Shown: in pieces, positions 23,201 to 32,807 of the stretch
Numbering within the stretch: the stretch's first letter is position 1
How the letters are laid out: each line of letters begins with the position of its first letter
From: a virus
Taxonomy: Duplodnaviria > Caudoviricetes
Direction: 5' to 3' (one strand)
Length of the DNA stretch: 34,704 nt
Virus record (IMG/VR): IMGVR_UViG_3300037048_000284
Coordinates: 1 to 34,704 of that record
Made by a program: the position numbers and the translations under genes
Notes under the pieces: model-generated
The model's input: the letters and a program-made list of their open reading frames with translations, nothing else
What the model was told of the DNA's origin: nothing
Database searches by the model: none

Positions 23201-24399
23201 ACCGTGAAGATGACTTCGAGCCCGATAGCAGCGACACACGCCGCCCTCGCGATCGCAAGAGCGGGCGAGGGAGGAGCCGCCGGCGGCGGGACGATGACGA
23301 GAAAAAGCCAAAAGCCGCCGACGGCATGGCGGTGCATGGCGGGGCTCTCACCGCCGAGGAATGGGAAGGTCTGACCAAAGAGCAGCAAGACGAGCTGTCA
23401 AAAAAGGCGACCGCCCCGCGCAAGTCCTACGACTACTTCAACGCCGGGAAAATGGAGAAGCGCTTTCGCGGCGACACCGACATTCAGCCGGAGTTGGCGC
23501 GGTCTGCCAAGACCATGCTTGAGCAGAACCGCACTCAGGCCGAGCAGGCGAAGTTTCTCGATGAAAAAATCGTCACCCTTGAAGAGCGCAAGGCGGAAAT
23601 AGCCGAGAAAGACGCGGCGGACGATCAGCAAAGAGTCGAACGCCTGAAAGAACTGACCGAGCAGGACAAGCAAGCCAACGAGCAAATGGCGGAGGCCGCT
23701 AAGGCAGCGGAAGCGGAGGCCGTTGCCGCCAACCAAGAGCGCACCGAGCTGGCCAAAAAAAGCGCCGAGGAGCGTGTCCAGGCGGAAGCATCCGCCGCGG
23801 AGAAATCGAAATCGGTTTTCCAAAAGTACGCCGAACGCGTGCGCCAGCTGCAGAGCGAGATCGCCGGCCGCGAGAAGTCTCTGGCGGAAGAACTCGATGA
23901 TCTTGATACCACCACCCCGGCGGAAATCAAATGGAAGCGCAAGGCCAAAGCCGCCAAGGACTACGAGGCGGCGGCGAAGAAAGCCATGGCCGCCGGCAAT
24001 CTCGACCAGGCACTATCGCTGGCCGATCGGGCCAAGTCTCTGTACTCGAGCCTCAAGGATAGCCCTACCGGGATCTCCGAGACCCTGGCGAGAATGACCA
24101 CCACCAGGGGAATAAGAAGTTCCGGTCTGCTCGGCCTCGATATCTCGAAGGTGGTCCAGGGTTCCGCCGCCAAGTCGGCACTTGCCGCTGTCCCGGCCCA
24201 TCTCTCTGGTAATTCAGTCTCGGTTATTCGTAACCATCTGGCGGCGATAGCGGGGAGTGGAGGAACCGGTGCCAAGGGAAGCGCGGAGGTGGCTAAAGTC
24301 CACGAGCTGCGCTTTAAGGGCGGCTCGCTCCAGGGTTCGCAAACTGATATTGAAGCTCTTCTTCATCATTTGGCGCAAGCCGGGCTGAGTGCGACATGA
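20290..24399 (+). CDS. Tail tape measure protein (TP901-type core)
   Basis: 1369 aa, Ala-rich and helical; FETSMADVRKT, IAAAGGQLGI, LGDAINQLGNN, EVSGTAIN and LFGKE motifs; hydrophobic segments. Confidence 0.96.
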   Translation: MAATSSVEISIGVDSKQVKTGLDALQDQFRQARGTINTALENVKGFADIKKQADETGKAYAAVQQKVAELAGTIKAFGSGEELARSFDQAKTAAASLKTELSSASVAYAESRKRVAELAQVFKGGDKSVAEDLKAARQESRAMKEDLDRLRAGYKEAKGEAAGLGQQVKATAATFREFDLAKREAAGLKDKLAGQRLEAQRLRTALGQAGIASTDMGKAQAKLRQDLEQTKEKYQALAKVASARETLGIGAHADIQGQIAKTRQAYVDLATSGKASFSELAQAKVAMGTKIAELRSQTNGWKESLLSAKEELIKIGVAAAALIQAARVGMQFETSMADVRKTVGGTKEEIRALGNEIREMSTQIPMAADELAKIAAAGGQLGIAAQDIGAFTSMTAKMATAFDMTAEAAGESIGKIKNVYKLTIPEVEGLGDAINQLGNNSAAKEKDIVNVMLRVGGTANQFGLAKEATAALAASMLALGRPAEVSGTAINTLLNNMQTATMGSKQFKDALGKIGMSAEEMAAMVAKDPQKALDHLLGTLEKLDGQQRAEVLTGLFGKEFQDDIGALIGGLETYRDAMGQVADKTTYAGAMNEEFAAKTNTSENQLRLLKNTVTDIVRTIGDGFLPIINKVAGGLNSLLTPVADLIREFPKISAALATVATGFLVFNSVKRLVDILRMAIAAIGPTSATSFATAGTAATGFGGKLTALTTKAGLLKSVLGKASGVLMALGVGWEVGNLLNNFDIVRKGGATLVYGLDRVRLAAVKMWRALTGGDTAEIDREIENAKKVYQEMLADIDKKQDEWSKKQRGELPAGAAPEKTATEKTASEKEAAEKTAEKVAEKERMSRPSTPAEIQAHIERNEKAAAEKGLSETEPKTDEKKPISREQEAIDSRPASMLTDEQLKERKERLGTELSTDEIAAKAKEEKREKEESEQKKATAATDQTDQQPAKLDTRTSRKQRPERRRDDDFDREDDFEPDSSDTRRPRDRKSGRGRSRRRRDDDEKKPKAADGMAVHGGALTAEEWEGLTKEQQDELSKKATAPRKSYDYFNAGKMEKRFRGDTDIQPELARSAKTMLEQNRTQAEQAKFLDEKIVTLEERKAEIAEKDAADDQQRVERLKELTEQDKQANEQMAEAAKAAEAEAVAANQERTELAKKSAEERVQAEASAAEKSKSVFQKYAERVRQLQSEIAGREKSLAEELDDLDTTTPAEIKWKRKAKAAKDYEAAAKKAMAAGNLDQALSLADRAKSLYSSLKDSPTGISETLARMTTTRGIRSSGLLGLDISKVVQGSAAKSALAAVPAHLSGNSVSVIRNHLAAIAGSGGTGAKGSAEVAKVHELRFKGGSLQGSQTDIEALLHHLAQAGLSAT

Positions 24400-24776
24400 T
24401 CGTCTTACAAGAAATCGAGCTGCCCCCCTATCTCCGCTGGGATGACGAATTCACCTGGTCGCCGGTGGTGCAGTCCGAGGAATATTCGACCTCCGGTGCC
24501 TTGCTCCTGGACGTTTCGGTCAAGCAGGCCGGACGGCCGATGACCCTGGTCGGCACGGAGCACCTCGGATGGATTTCGCGGGCCAAGCTGCTCTTGCTGC
24601 AAGCCTTGGCCGACACCCATGAGGAGATGGAAATTGACTATCATGGCCGGGTCTTTACCGTGCGCTTTCGATACACCGGCCCACCGGTGACCGCTGAAAA
24701 GATCATCCCGCGCATCCCCGAAAAGGAAACCGATCCATATCGCAACCTCAGAATAAATCTCATCATCGTAGGCTAA
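24396..24776 (+). CDS. Distal tail / tail tip protein
   Basis: LP..L.W.DEF.WSPV.Q...YS.SGALL......AGRP.TL; follows the tape measure gene. Confidence 0.8.
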   Translation: MIVLQEIELPPYLRWDDEFTWSPVVQSEEYSTSGALLLDVSVKQAGRPMTLVGTEHLGWISRAKLLLLQALADTHEEMEIDYHGRVFTVRFRYTGPPVTAEKIIPRIPEKETDPYRNLRINLIIVG

Positions 24777-24780
24777 CCCC

Positions 24781-27700
24781 ATGCCGATCTATACCGAAAA
24801 TGTCAAGCTCATGGCCAGCCAGCGCCTCACCGACTATGCCGACGGCGGCGGCCGCATGAGTGCCACCGAGATTGTCGACGGCAACGTCAACAACCTCTTT
24901 CCCGACATCTCGCGTCTTGACCGGGTTTACGGCCGGGTTAGCTTGCGCAAAGCCTTTGTATCAGTCCAAACCGCCGATACCCAGGTCTACTCAGGCGCCC
25001 ATGTCATTCTCTCGCTGCCGGCCGCAGACCCCAATGTCTCGGTCTGCCTATTCTCCACCGACGATCCCCACGACGAGCGCACCTCGGCCCGTAACCGGGT
25101 GGAGAGCTACGTCACCGTTGGGCCGCGCTTCCAGGGCTGGTTCTGGGGTAATCAGCCGCAGGGCTCCCGGGCGATCATTCTCTACTGCGTTAAGGGCACT
25201 CCGGTGCCGGACATCGGCAACGTCCTCTGTCTCTTTAACAACCGGGGCTTGCAAAACGAGCAATCGCAATACGTGCGGGTAACCGGGGTGGAGCGCACAT
25301 CCACTGAGTTCAGCACCGACGCTGGCCCCTACTCGAGCGTAGCTCAGACCTTCCAGCGCGACATCATGCGCATCGAGATCGGCGACCCCCTGCGCTATAC
25401 CTTCGTTGGCGGCGAGATCACCAAGAACGACGCCCTGGCCACCTCGGTCTACACCACTATCGTCAGCGACGCCTCGAAATACTACGGGGTCATGCTGCCG
25501 ACCAAGGCGATAAATAAAAACGACATCGCCATCAACGTCAACTCGATCTTCACTCACCTCGTGCCCTCGGCCCAGGGCGAGAGCCCAATGACCGATCTCA
25601 AGGTCGGCGAGGCCGGGCCAGTGGTCGGTGCCGGGGTGTCACGCTCCATTTCTGTCCCATCAACGCTCGTTGCCAACGGCACTCAAATAAACTTCTGTCG
25701 CGGCATTAAACCAGGCAGTCTGTCGATTGTCGGCGGAGGCGGCCGCACATTTACCGATAAGGGCGATGGCATCCTTTACGAAAGCCTCACCCAGGTCGGC
25801 GTTGTCGACTACTCCACCGGCACGGTGACATTTACAAATATTTCCCCCACATTCAACACCGCGATCACCATGACCGCCATTGCCGGGGTCGAGGTGGTGC
25901 GGGTGCCCGACTCCATGGCCCACGAGATTGTTCTGGCCAATCGCGGTTACAACTATGTCGCCATTCTCAACCCGTTGCCGATCCCCGGCTCGGTGTGGGT
26001 CGATTACATGGCTCAGGGTCGGTGGTATCGGTTGCGGGATAACGGCATCGGCATTCTGGTCCCAGACGTTGACGGCACCGGTACCGGCACCATCAACTAC
26101 CAGACCGGCAGCCTGACGCTCACCTGCGCCGCCCTGCCGGATGTCGAGAGTCAGATCATTTTCAACTGGGCCAACCCGGTGGAAACCGTCGACCTTTCGG
26201 GAGAGATCGCCGTCGAGGTGGCCGAGATCGTCCATACCCTGGCCAACGCACCGGTGGAACCGGGGAGCCTCTCGATCACCTGGCCGACCGGGGCCAGCAC
26301 CACGGCAACCGCCACCGATACCGGCGGCACCGGGGTTATCTCGGGCAACGCCAGCGGCTCGATCAATTATTCAACCGGCGAGATCCGTTTCAAGCCCACT
26401 TCCCTGCCGACCTCTGCCGGGGAATACACCATCGACTACGAGAAATACAACAAAGTCACCGGCTCGGCCGCCGGTTCCAACGCCGGGACGTTCACCTTCA
26501 CTCTGCCGCAGGGGCCGATCAAACCGGGCGGAGTCAATGTCGATGTGTTGGTTAAGTTTGCCGACCACCAGCATGTCTACCGCCTCAAAGACAACGGCGC
26601 CGGCAGCCTCTCCGCTCCCGGGTGGAGAGTCAATTTCCCGGTCAACCACATCGAGTTTTCAGGTGGCACCATCCTCTCTGGAATTACCGGCACCATTGAT
26701 TATGTCACCCGTCAGGTGACCATCGACACCACCGGCACCACCGGGAGCGAATGGTGGTGGCCGACCGAGATTCAACGGTTTTCCATGCCGCCGATTGTTC
26801 AAGGGCTGCCGCCCAGCGTGCGCTTTATCACGCTGTATCTACCCCAGCAGACGCAGGCCATCACCAGCACCTCGATCAATATCTCCAGCGTCTCCTACTC
26901 CTACGCCCTGGCCGACACCGCCAAGGAAGTAGCCGACGAGATCCTGCCGGCAAAACCTTTTGAGCTCGATTTGCTGCGCAATGGCGTCGGTTACACCATC
27001 GTCCCGGGATCGGTTGATTTCACCTGGAACGGCACCCGCTACGTCGACCGCCTGGGCAAGCTCTATCGCAACCCGAGCACCGTTACCGGCCTGGGGGCTG
27101 AGGCCGGGGCCATCGACTATTCCAACGGCCTTTGCACACTGACCACCTACGACGGCGGGGCCAACACCCTGTCTATTCACAGCATGACCGGCCGCTTTGG
27201 CCGCCAACTCCTCACCTCGGCCGTGTTCCGCACGCCTGGCGCACCACTGCGGCCCGGCTCGGTATCGATCCTCGGAGTGGCCGGGGATGGTTCGACCGTG
27301 TCGGCGGTGAGCGATTTTGACGGCACCATCACCGGTCAGAATGTGCGCGGCACCGTCGACTACGAGAAGGGCATCGTCCGGCTCGACTTCGGCAATCTGG
27401 TCACCGATTCAGGACAGTATCTCGATGAGCCCTGGTATGATCCGGCCGATGTCGTTGCCGGGAAGATTTTCGTGCCCAAGCCGGTCTTTGTCGACACTCT
27501 CTATTATGGCTGTGTCGCCTACTCCTACATCCCGCTCAATGCCGACCTGATAGGCCTCGACGCCGTGCGCCTGCCTACTGACGGCCGAGTGCCGATCGTC
27601 CGTGTCGGCGATGTCGTGGTTGTTCATAACACCCAGACCACCCAGTTGAGCAACCCGCTTACCGCCGGGCAGGTCATCACCCTGCCTCGGGAGAATATTG

Positions 27701-28410
27701 TCCATGTCGAGCTCTACGATTCCGCTTCGTCTCCGCAACGGGTGCCTACCACCAAGTTTGCCTGGAACAAAGAGACGCAACGCCTCACCATGGCCGACCC
27801 GCTCGACCTGGCCGGATTCACCCAGCCGCTCATCGCCATGCACCGCATTGAGGATATGGCCCTGGTCTCGGGAGTGGAAATCAACGGCCAGATCATCCTT
27901 GGCCATGGGGTGGAAAACGATTATCCGGTGAACGGCACCTACGTCAGCTCGGCCCTGTTGTTTGGCGACCTGCAGGCGCGCATTTTCAACCTGTTCGATC
28001 AGGCCACCTGGACCTCGGTGTGGTCGGATGCACTCATCGGCTCTGGCTGTAACGCCAGTTACAACGAGATCAACTATCCGCCGCAGGTCACCAACGCCGG
28101 GGCGACCAAGGGGCGGTGGGCGCTCAGGTTCACCGACACCACCAGCTTCCAGATCATCGAGGAAAAGCTCGGTATTCTTGGGACAGCCTACATCACCCAG
28201 GACTGCGCACCGATCAACCCGGCCACCGGGCAGCCGTTTTTCTTCCTTGATTACCGAGGCTGGGGAACGGGCTGGGCCGCCGGCAACGTCGTGCGATTCA
28301 ACACCGACGGCCCCAACCCGCCGCTATGGATCGCCAGAACCACCCTGCAAGGGCCGGTTACCGAACCCAACGATCAATTCACGATTCAAATTCGAGGAGA
28401 CGCTGAATAA
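24781..28410 (+). CDS. Large tail tip / baseplate hub protein with six internal repeats
   Basis: N-terminal KL.ASQRLTD..DGGGRM...EIVDG..NNLFPDISRLDR.YGRVSLRK; six PGS...D.G.G...G.(I/V)(D/N)Y..G repeats; C-terminal WG.GW..GNV.RFNT. Confidence 0.88.
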   Translation: MPIYTENVKLMASQRLTDYADGGGRMSATEIVDGNVNNLFPDISRLDRVYGRVSLRKAFVSVQTADTQVYSGAHVILSLPAADPNVSVCLFSTDDPHDERTSARNRVESYVTVGPRFQGWFWGNQPQGSRAIILYCVKGTPVPDIGNVLCLFNNRGLQNEQSQYVRVTGVERTSTEFSTDAGPYSSVAQTFQRDIMRIEIGDPLRYTFVGGEITKNDALATSVYTTIVSDASKYYGVMLPTKAINKNDIAINVNSIFTHLVPSAQGESPMTDLKVGEAGPVVGAGVSRSISVPSTLVANGTQINFCRGIKPGSLSIVGGGGRTFTDKGDGILYESLTQVGVVDYSTGTVTFTNISPTFNTAITMTAIAGVEVVRVPDSMAHEIVLANRGYNYVAILNPLPIPGSVWVDYMAQGRWYRLRDNGIGILVPDVDGTGTGTINYQTGSLTLTCAALPDVESQIIFNWANPVETVDLSGEIAVEVAEIVHTLANAPVEPGSLSITWPTGASTTATATDTGGTGVISGNASGSINYSTGEIRFKPTSLPTSAGEYTIDYEKYNKVTGSAAGSNAGTFTFTLPQGPIKPGGVNVDVLVKFADHQHVYRLKDNGAGSLSAPGWRVNFPVNHIEFSGGTILSGITGTIDYVTRQVTIDTTGTTGSEWWWPTEIQRFSMPPIVQGLPPSVRFITLYLPQQTQAITSTSINISSVSYSYALADTAKEVADEILPAKPFELDLLRNGVGYTIVPGSVDFTWNGTRYVDRLGKLYRNPSTVTGLGAEAGAIDYSNGLCTLTTYDGGANTLSIHSMTGRFGRQLLTSAVFRTPGAPLRPGSVSILGVAGDGSTVSAVSDFDGTITGQNVRGTVDYEKGIVRLDFGNLVTDSGQYLDEPWYDPADVVAGKIFVPKPVFVDTLYYGCVAYSYIPLNADLIGLDAVRLPTDGRVPIVRVGDVVVVHNTQTTQLSNPLTAGQVITLPRENIVHVELYDSASSPQRVPTTKFAWNKETQRLTMADPLDLAGFTQPLIAMHRIEDMALVSGVEINGQIILGHGVENDYPVNGTYVSSALLFGDLQARIFNLFDQATWTSVWSDALIGSGCNASYNEINYPPQVTNAGATKGRWALRFTDTTSFQIIEEKLGILGTAYITQDCAPINPATGQPFFFLDYRGWGTGWAAGNVVRFNTDGPNPPLWIARTTLQGPVTEPNDQFTIQIRGDAE

Positions 28411-29330
28411 TGGCCGCGCCAATAGTTTATAGATGGGACGATGGCAATGCCCCGGTGGCAAGGGGTGAGCGAAGAAGCCTGTGCGACATCCTCTATGCTT
28501 GCCTGGTCACCGGCTACGGCAGCAAGCCTGGGGCCGGTTGGACCCGCGAGTTCGTCAACGCAACGTTTGACAAAGCAGTGTTTCGCAATAATCCGCTCAC
28601 CGGTACGGGATTTTTCTTGCAGGTTGATGGAGCTGGGACGGTAAATGCCTATACTTCCACCGTCATGGCTTATGAATCTATGACTTCCCTAAATGACGGG
28701 CTGTCATCTTTTGGTCTTACCGGGACTTACACCACCAGCAATGCCGCTAATGCCACGGCTCGACCATGGGTGCTGATCGCCGATGACAGAGCGTTTTATT
28801 TATATGTGTGGAACTCAATAACAGGCGCACCAGCAAATTCGTCAAATACCGCGCAAGGATTGTTTTTCGGCGACGGTGTACGAAGAGACCCCTCTGATAA
28901 TTACTTTTGCATGTTTTCGATTGGTGCTCTCGCTAATCGTGGACCAATTGGCTCCCTCTACAGCCCTTCGACGGCGGTTGCATCTGGAAACCTTGGTTTT
29001 TACGCCCCTCGCCGGAGCACAGGGGTTTATAGTCCAATTAACCTCGCCTTAATTCGTGGTGGAGGCCCTGGAGCTGACGTGAGTGCCGGGGCCAATGGAA
29101 TAATCTACACGGCGGGCGACCCAATCCTTGTTGCTCGACCCCATGTCAGTGATGGGGTGGCCTACTCATTCAGAGGACACATCCCCGGCCTATATTACCC
29201 GTGTCACCCTAACGCATTTGGTCAGCTTGCTACGGTTTCCGCAGCCGGAAAATCGTTTTTGTCCTTGCGAGTCCCGATTAACGTCACTGCATCAAATCTT
29301 TTTATTGATCTCGCTGATTGGAGAATATAA
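28410..29330 (+). CDS. Tail fibre / receptor-binding-associated protein
   Basis: Conserved-looking N-terminus D.GAP......L..IL.ACLVTGYG.K..AGW, then W.LI.D.R.FY and RG.IPG; lower-GC body. Confidence 0.8.
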   Translation: MAAPIVYRWDDGNAPVARGERRSLCDILYACLVTGYGSKPGAGWTREFVNATFDKAVFRNNPLTGTGFFLQVDGAGTVNAYTSTVMAYESMTSLNDGLSSFGLTGTYTTSNAANATARPWVLIADDRAFYLYVWNSITGAPANSSNTAQGLFFGDGVRRDPSDNYFCMFSIGALANRGPIGSLYSPSTAVASGNLGFYAPRRSTGVYSPINLALIRGGGPGADVSAGANGIIYTAGDPILVARPHVSDGVAYSFRGHIPGLYYPCHPNAFGQLATVSAAGKSFLSLRVPINVTASNLFIDLADWRI

Positions 29331-30154
29331 TGCTTTTTGACTTCATCAATAGCGATGTCATGCGCCAAGGCCGCACCGACCGCCATCGTTTGGCTGGGGT
29401 GGTCAATGTTGATGGGCAACCAGCCAAGCGCCTGATATGCGTGTTCCACCGGCGTACCAAAGTTCTTTTGGCTACACAATGGAGCAACCCAACAACCGGA
29501 GCATGGGAGCTCGCCGGGTTGCCGCAGTCGCCGGCCAGGGATCTTTATGTCGTCGCCTTCGACGACACCGGCAATTTCAATGCCGAGATTGCCGATTACA
29601 TGACCCAGGTAACCACAGGCGGAGAAGTGCCACCCGAGATTTTTTACACACCATGTTACCCACCTTCCCACGATTCAACATTCGTCAAGGCGACAACACA
29701 GTTTTCCACAAGTTATCAGCCATGGTTTGCGACCGATCCAGCTCTCCCCCTTACTGGTAGCGACATCAGTACCACTTGGGTGAGCGCGAACGGCGGCAAT
29801 GTTGGACAGAAATTCAATATAGATTTAGGCGTCGCAAGGATCATTAAGCGGCTGTATCTGGAGAACTTTCACTCGAGCGGTGCACTCACCGAGGCGGGGA
29901 TCATGCTTTTCGGCGTTTACGGGACAAACTCCGCGACTGCGTTTGCCAATACCGTCTACGCAAACACCGCCGACTTGACGTTATTGGGGTCATTCGAGGC
30001 CAGGGCGCACATCCCGTCAGACGAGTCAGATCCTCAATACTTTTTGCTGGACAATGACACTGCATATCAATACGTGGTGCTGAGGATTGCCGACTGTAAC
30101 GGCCATGACCTGCGAATGGGTATCACACATATCGAACTCCAAACCGAGTATTGA
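29330..30154 (+). CDS. Putative receptor-binding protein: adaptor domain plus discoidin/F5-8-like carbohydrate-binding domain
   Basis: TAATG coupling. C-terminal Y.PW.A.D...W.S...IDLG...I...Y.YV.L.I...I..IEL pattern. Confidence 0.7.
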   Translation: MLFDFINSDVMRQGRTDRHRLAGVVNVDGQPAKRLICVFHRRTKVLLATQWSNPTTGAWELAGLPQSPARDLYVVAFDDTGNFNAEIADYMTQVTTGGEVPPEIFYTPCYPPSHDSTFVKATTQFSTSYQPWFATDPALPLTGSDISTTWVSANGGNVGQKFNIDLGVARIIKRLYLENFHSSGALTEAGIMLFGVYGTNSATAFANTVYANTADLTLLGSFEARAHIPSDESDPQYFLLDNDTAYQYVVLRIADCNGHDLRMGITHIELQTEY

Positions 30155-30156
30155 CG

Positions 30157-32154
30157 ATGGCCTATGCCCCTCACAATGGCTGTAATATACTCCTCAACCT
30201 GCACGGCGGCTACGTCCCGCCGAATGGCGCTGGAATCATCTTCGCCCTCGGCGGCCTTGAGATTAAAAAGAGCTTTGATCTCTCGGCGGCAATCAGCAAC
30301 CTCCGCACCGCCCCCGCCGACACCAGGGCAGGCGTCACGCTCGTTGTCAAGGTTGCCAGTATTTTTGACACCAGGGCAGCGGTCAGGCGGCAGCTCTCCG
30401 TGCCTCACGACACCCTGGCCGCTCTTCAGGTTCATCGGCCGCCGCCAAACCCCGACTTTGATGTGCCGTGGGGCCAGCTCCCGGCGGTCGATAGCAAGCG
30501 CGGCTCGGGCTGGACGGATCGTCATGCCGTCAACGCCTCCATCGGCATGGGTTGGATTAAGCGGCTCATTGTTGATCACCAGGCCTCGTCGCCATGGCGG
30601 GAAAAGGGTGCCCTTGACCAGGGCCGCCGGGCGCTATGGAATGATTGCGCCGATCAGCAAAACCGCACCACGTACTCAAGGTGGAGGTCAAGAAAGCCTG
30701 CCGATCAAAGCCGGGAATTTGCCTGGTCGCCTCTCCAGGTTGTTCAGCTCAGCCGGGGCAACCGAGTATTTCATCCGCCAGCTCTCGATGTTCGCAAGGC
30801 CCTGGCCTTTGATGCCGGGGTCATCATCGACATCACCAACTTCGTCCCTTGGGGTAATCCGCCGCCCAATGACCATCTCCACCGCACCGTCTGGGGCCGC
30901 AAGTTTTATCAAGAAATCTGTTGGCGCAAATACGAGCCACCGGCAGGCGGCGCCATTGTTTTCAACATCGACACCCCGATCACCCTGGTCGATGACGGCA
31001 TCAATATCCGCTTCCGCTTCGACCAGTTCACTTATGACCGCCGCTGCTCCTGGCGCGAGCCGTCAGGGTGGCGAGACGCCTACTTCTACCGGCCGCCGTC
31101 GCTCATCCCGACCGGCAACCGTTCAAAGGTCTACATTATGCTGAACAGCGCCTTCCTCACCAGGCTTCCCGAGCGCACCGCCATCGACGCCAACTCGATC
31201 ACCGTGGCCACCGATTGGGATAGCCTTTACTGGACGATCCGCGCCGGTATAAGCCGTGATAGCCACCTGGCCCTCCTTGAATCAACGCCGGACGGGCCGA
31301 TGATCGTCGAGGCCTCAATCAATAGCCATGTGTGGAAGCTCCAGGTGGATAGCTGGAACACCAGCACCGCTTTTGGCGGCAAGACCCGAGGAATCCTCGG
31401 CCGTTCGGTCTCGGCTCAGCTCGGCGCTCCCATGGCCGAGGTGCGCACCAGAACAGAGACCAACGAACGAACAGCTCTCCAGCTCATGAACGACGAGCTT
31501 GAATACACCGGGTGGACCGTGGTGCTCGACGGGCTTGACGACTGGCTGGTGCCGGCCAACGTGCTCAGCTACGCCGATATGACGCCGATGGCGGTGATTA
31601 AAATGATCGCCGACGCTGCCGGGGCCATGGTGCAAACCGACATGGCCGCCCAAACCATCCGCATCAAGCCCCGCTTCCCGGTGGCGCCGTGGCTCTGGTC
31701 TGTGGCAACGCCCTCGGTGATTATCCCCGACTCAATGGCCACCAAAGTCGACGGCGAATGGGATGCGCGGCCGCTTTATAACGCCGTGTTCATCTCCGGC
31801 GAGGCGGGTGGCATCTCGGCCAGGGTCTATCGCGAAGGCTCTGCGGGTGACCTGGTGGCGCCTTCGGTGACCGACAAATTGATCACTGCCACCGAGGCGG
31901 CCAGGGCCAGGGGTATCGCTATCCTCGGGGCCTCCGGAAAGTGGAGTAAGCATCGCATTGAGTTGCCTGTTTTCGCGCCATGGGCGGTGCCTGGCGTGCT
32001 CAAGCCGGGAACGCTGATTGAGTACGTCGAAGGCCTGCCCTCGGCATCCTGGAAAGGCGTGATCTCGGCGGTCTCGGTCACGGCAACCTGGGATCGAGAC
32101 AAAGGGCTGAAGGTCCGGCAAACCATAGATGTTGAACGCTACAGGGGGAACTGA
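30157..32154 (+). CDS. Tail tip protein (Tal/hub-like)
   Basis: Trp-rich N-terminal half with a repeated Y.PP.G..I.F motif; C-terminal GRS.SA.L..P, DWLVP..V.S, YNAVF.SG and L.PG.L. Confidence 0.8.
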   Translation: MAYAPHNGCNILLNLHGGYVPPNGAGIIFALGGLEIKKSFDLSAAISNLRTAPADTRAGVTLVVKVASIFDTRAAVRRQLSVPHDTLAALQVHRPPPNPDFDVPWGQLPAVDSKRGSGWTDRHAVNASIGMGWIKRLIVDHQASSPWREKGALDQGRRALWNDCADQQNRTTYSRWRSRKPADQSREFAWSPLQVVQLSRGNRVFHPPALDVRKALAFDAGVIIDITNFVPWGNPPPNDHLHRTVWGRKFYQEICWRKYEPPAGGAIVFNIDTPITLVDDGINIRFRFDQFTYDRRCSWREPSGWRDAYFYRPPSLIPTGNRSKVYIMLNSAFLTRLPERTAIDANSITVATDWDSLYWTIRAGISRDSHLALLESTPDGPMIVEASINSHVWKLQVDSWNTSTAFGGKTRGILGRSVSAQLGAPMAEVRTRTETNERTALQLMNDELEYTGWTVVLDGLDDWLVPANVLSYADMTPMAVIKMIADAAGAMVQTDMAAQTIRIKPRFPVAPWLWSVATPSVIIPDSMATKVDGEWDARPLYNAVFISGEAGGISARVYREGSAGDLVAPSVTDKLITATEAARARGIAILGASGKWSKHRIELPVFAPWAVPGVLKPGTLIEYVEGLPSASWKGVISAVSVTATWDRDKGLKVRQTIDVERYRGN

Positions 32155-32567
32155 TGATAACGCTGACCAAGGACAACACCGCCACCCCAGACGCCTACTC
32201 GATAGGCGATGGCACCGATCCGCTCGTTGTCGCCCTGCTTCTCGACGGCACCAGCATCCCGGCCACCGTCACCGCCACCCCGGCCACCGCCCTCTATGTG
32301 TGGGCCAACGACGACACCGAGGCCATTGGCAGTTACTCGGACATCTCCGTCGAGATCACCGGCAGCGACACCGGAATCACCTGGGAGCTGAGTGCGGATC
32401 AGAATACCTGGGCCACCTCCATCGAGATCGCCGACCTTGATGTTTCTGTCAGTCACCAGGCCGTTCAGATATACGCTCGGGCGGTGGCTCAGAACGACGG
32501 GACGGTGGCAACCAATAACTATGTGGCGGCCAAGGTCAAGATCGTCGCCACCGAGAACCCGGCATAA
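32154..32567 (+). CDS. Hypothetical virion-associated beta-rich protein
   Basis: TGATG coupling; acidic, Thr-rich, 137 aa. Confidence 0.7.
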   Translation: MITLTKDNTATPDAYSIGDGTDPLVVALLLDGTSIPATVTATPATALYVWANDDTEAIGSYSDISVEITGSDTGITWELSADQNTWATSIEIADLDVSVSHQAVQIYARAVAQNDGTVATNNYVAAKVKIVATENPA

Positions 32568-32576
32568 GGACGCGAC

Positions 32577-32807
32577 ATGGCAACCAACCTCTGGGCCAAG
32601 TTCAGACGCCTCCTCCCTGGTGACCCACTGCTGGTGGTCGAGGTCGCCGCCGTCAACGCCGACGGCACCAGCACCGTCGTCACTCCCGCCGGCGGAGCCA
32701 TGCGGGTAATCGGCACCAGCGTCCCGGTCGGGCAGAAGGCTTATATCAAAGGCGGGGCCATAATCGATAAGGCTCCAACGCTAACCCATTATGAGATTGA
32801 GGTGTGA
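32577..32807 (+). CDS. Small conserved tail protein
   Basis: NLW.KF..LLP.DPL.V..V.....DGTS.V...GG...V.G..V..G...YI.GG; AAGGA SD. Confidence 0.8.
   Translation: MATNLWAKFRRLLPGDPLLVVEVAAVNADGTSTVVTPAGGAMRVIGTSVPVGQKAYIKGGAIIDKAPTLTHYEIEV

Noticed and set aside
28410-32154. Diversity-generating retroelement or invertible tail-fibre cassette
   Set aside because: No reverse transcriptase, recombinase, TR/VR pair or flanking inverted repeats were seen by eye within the window.
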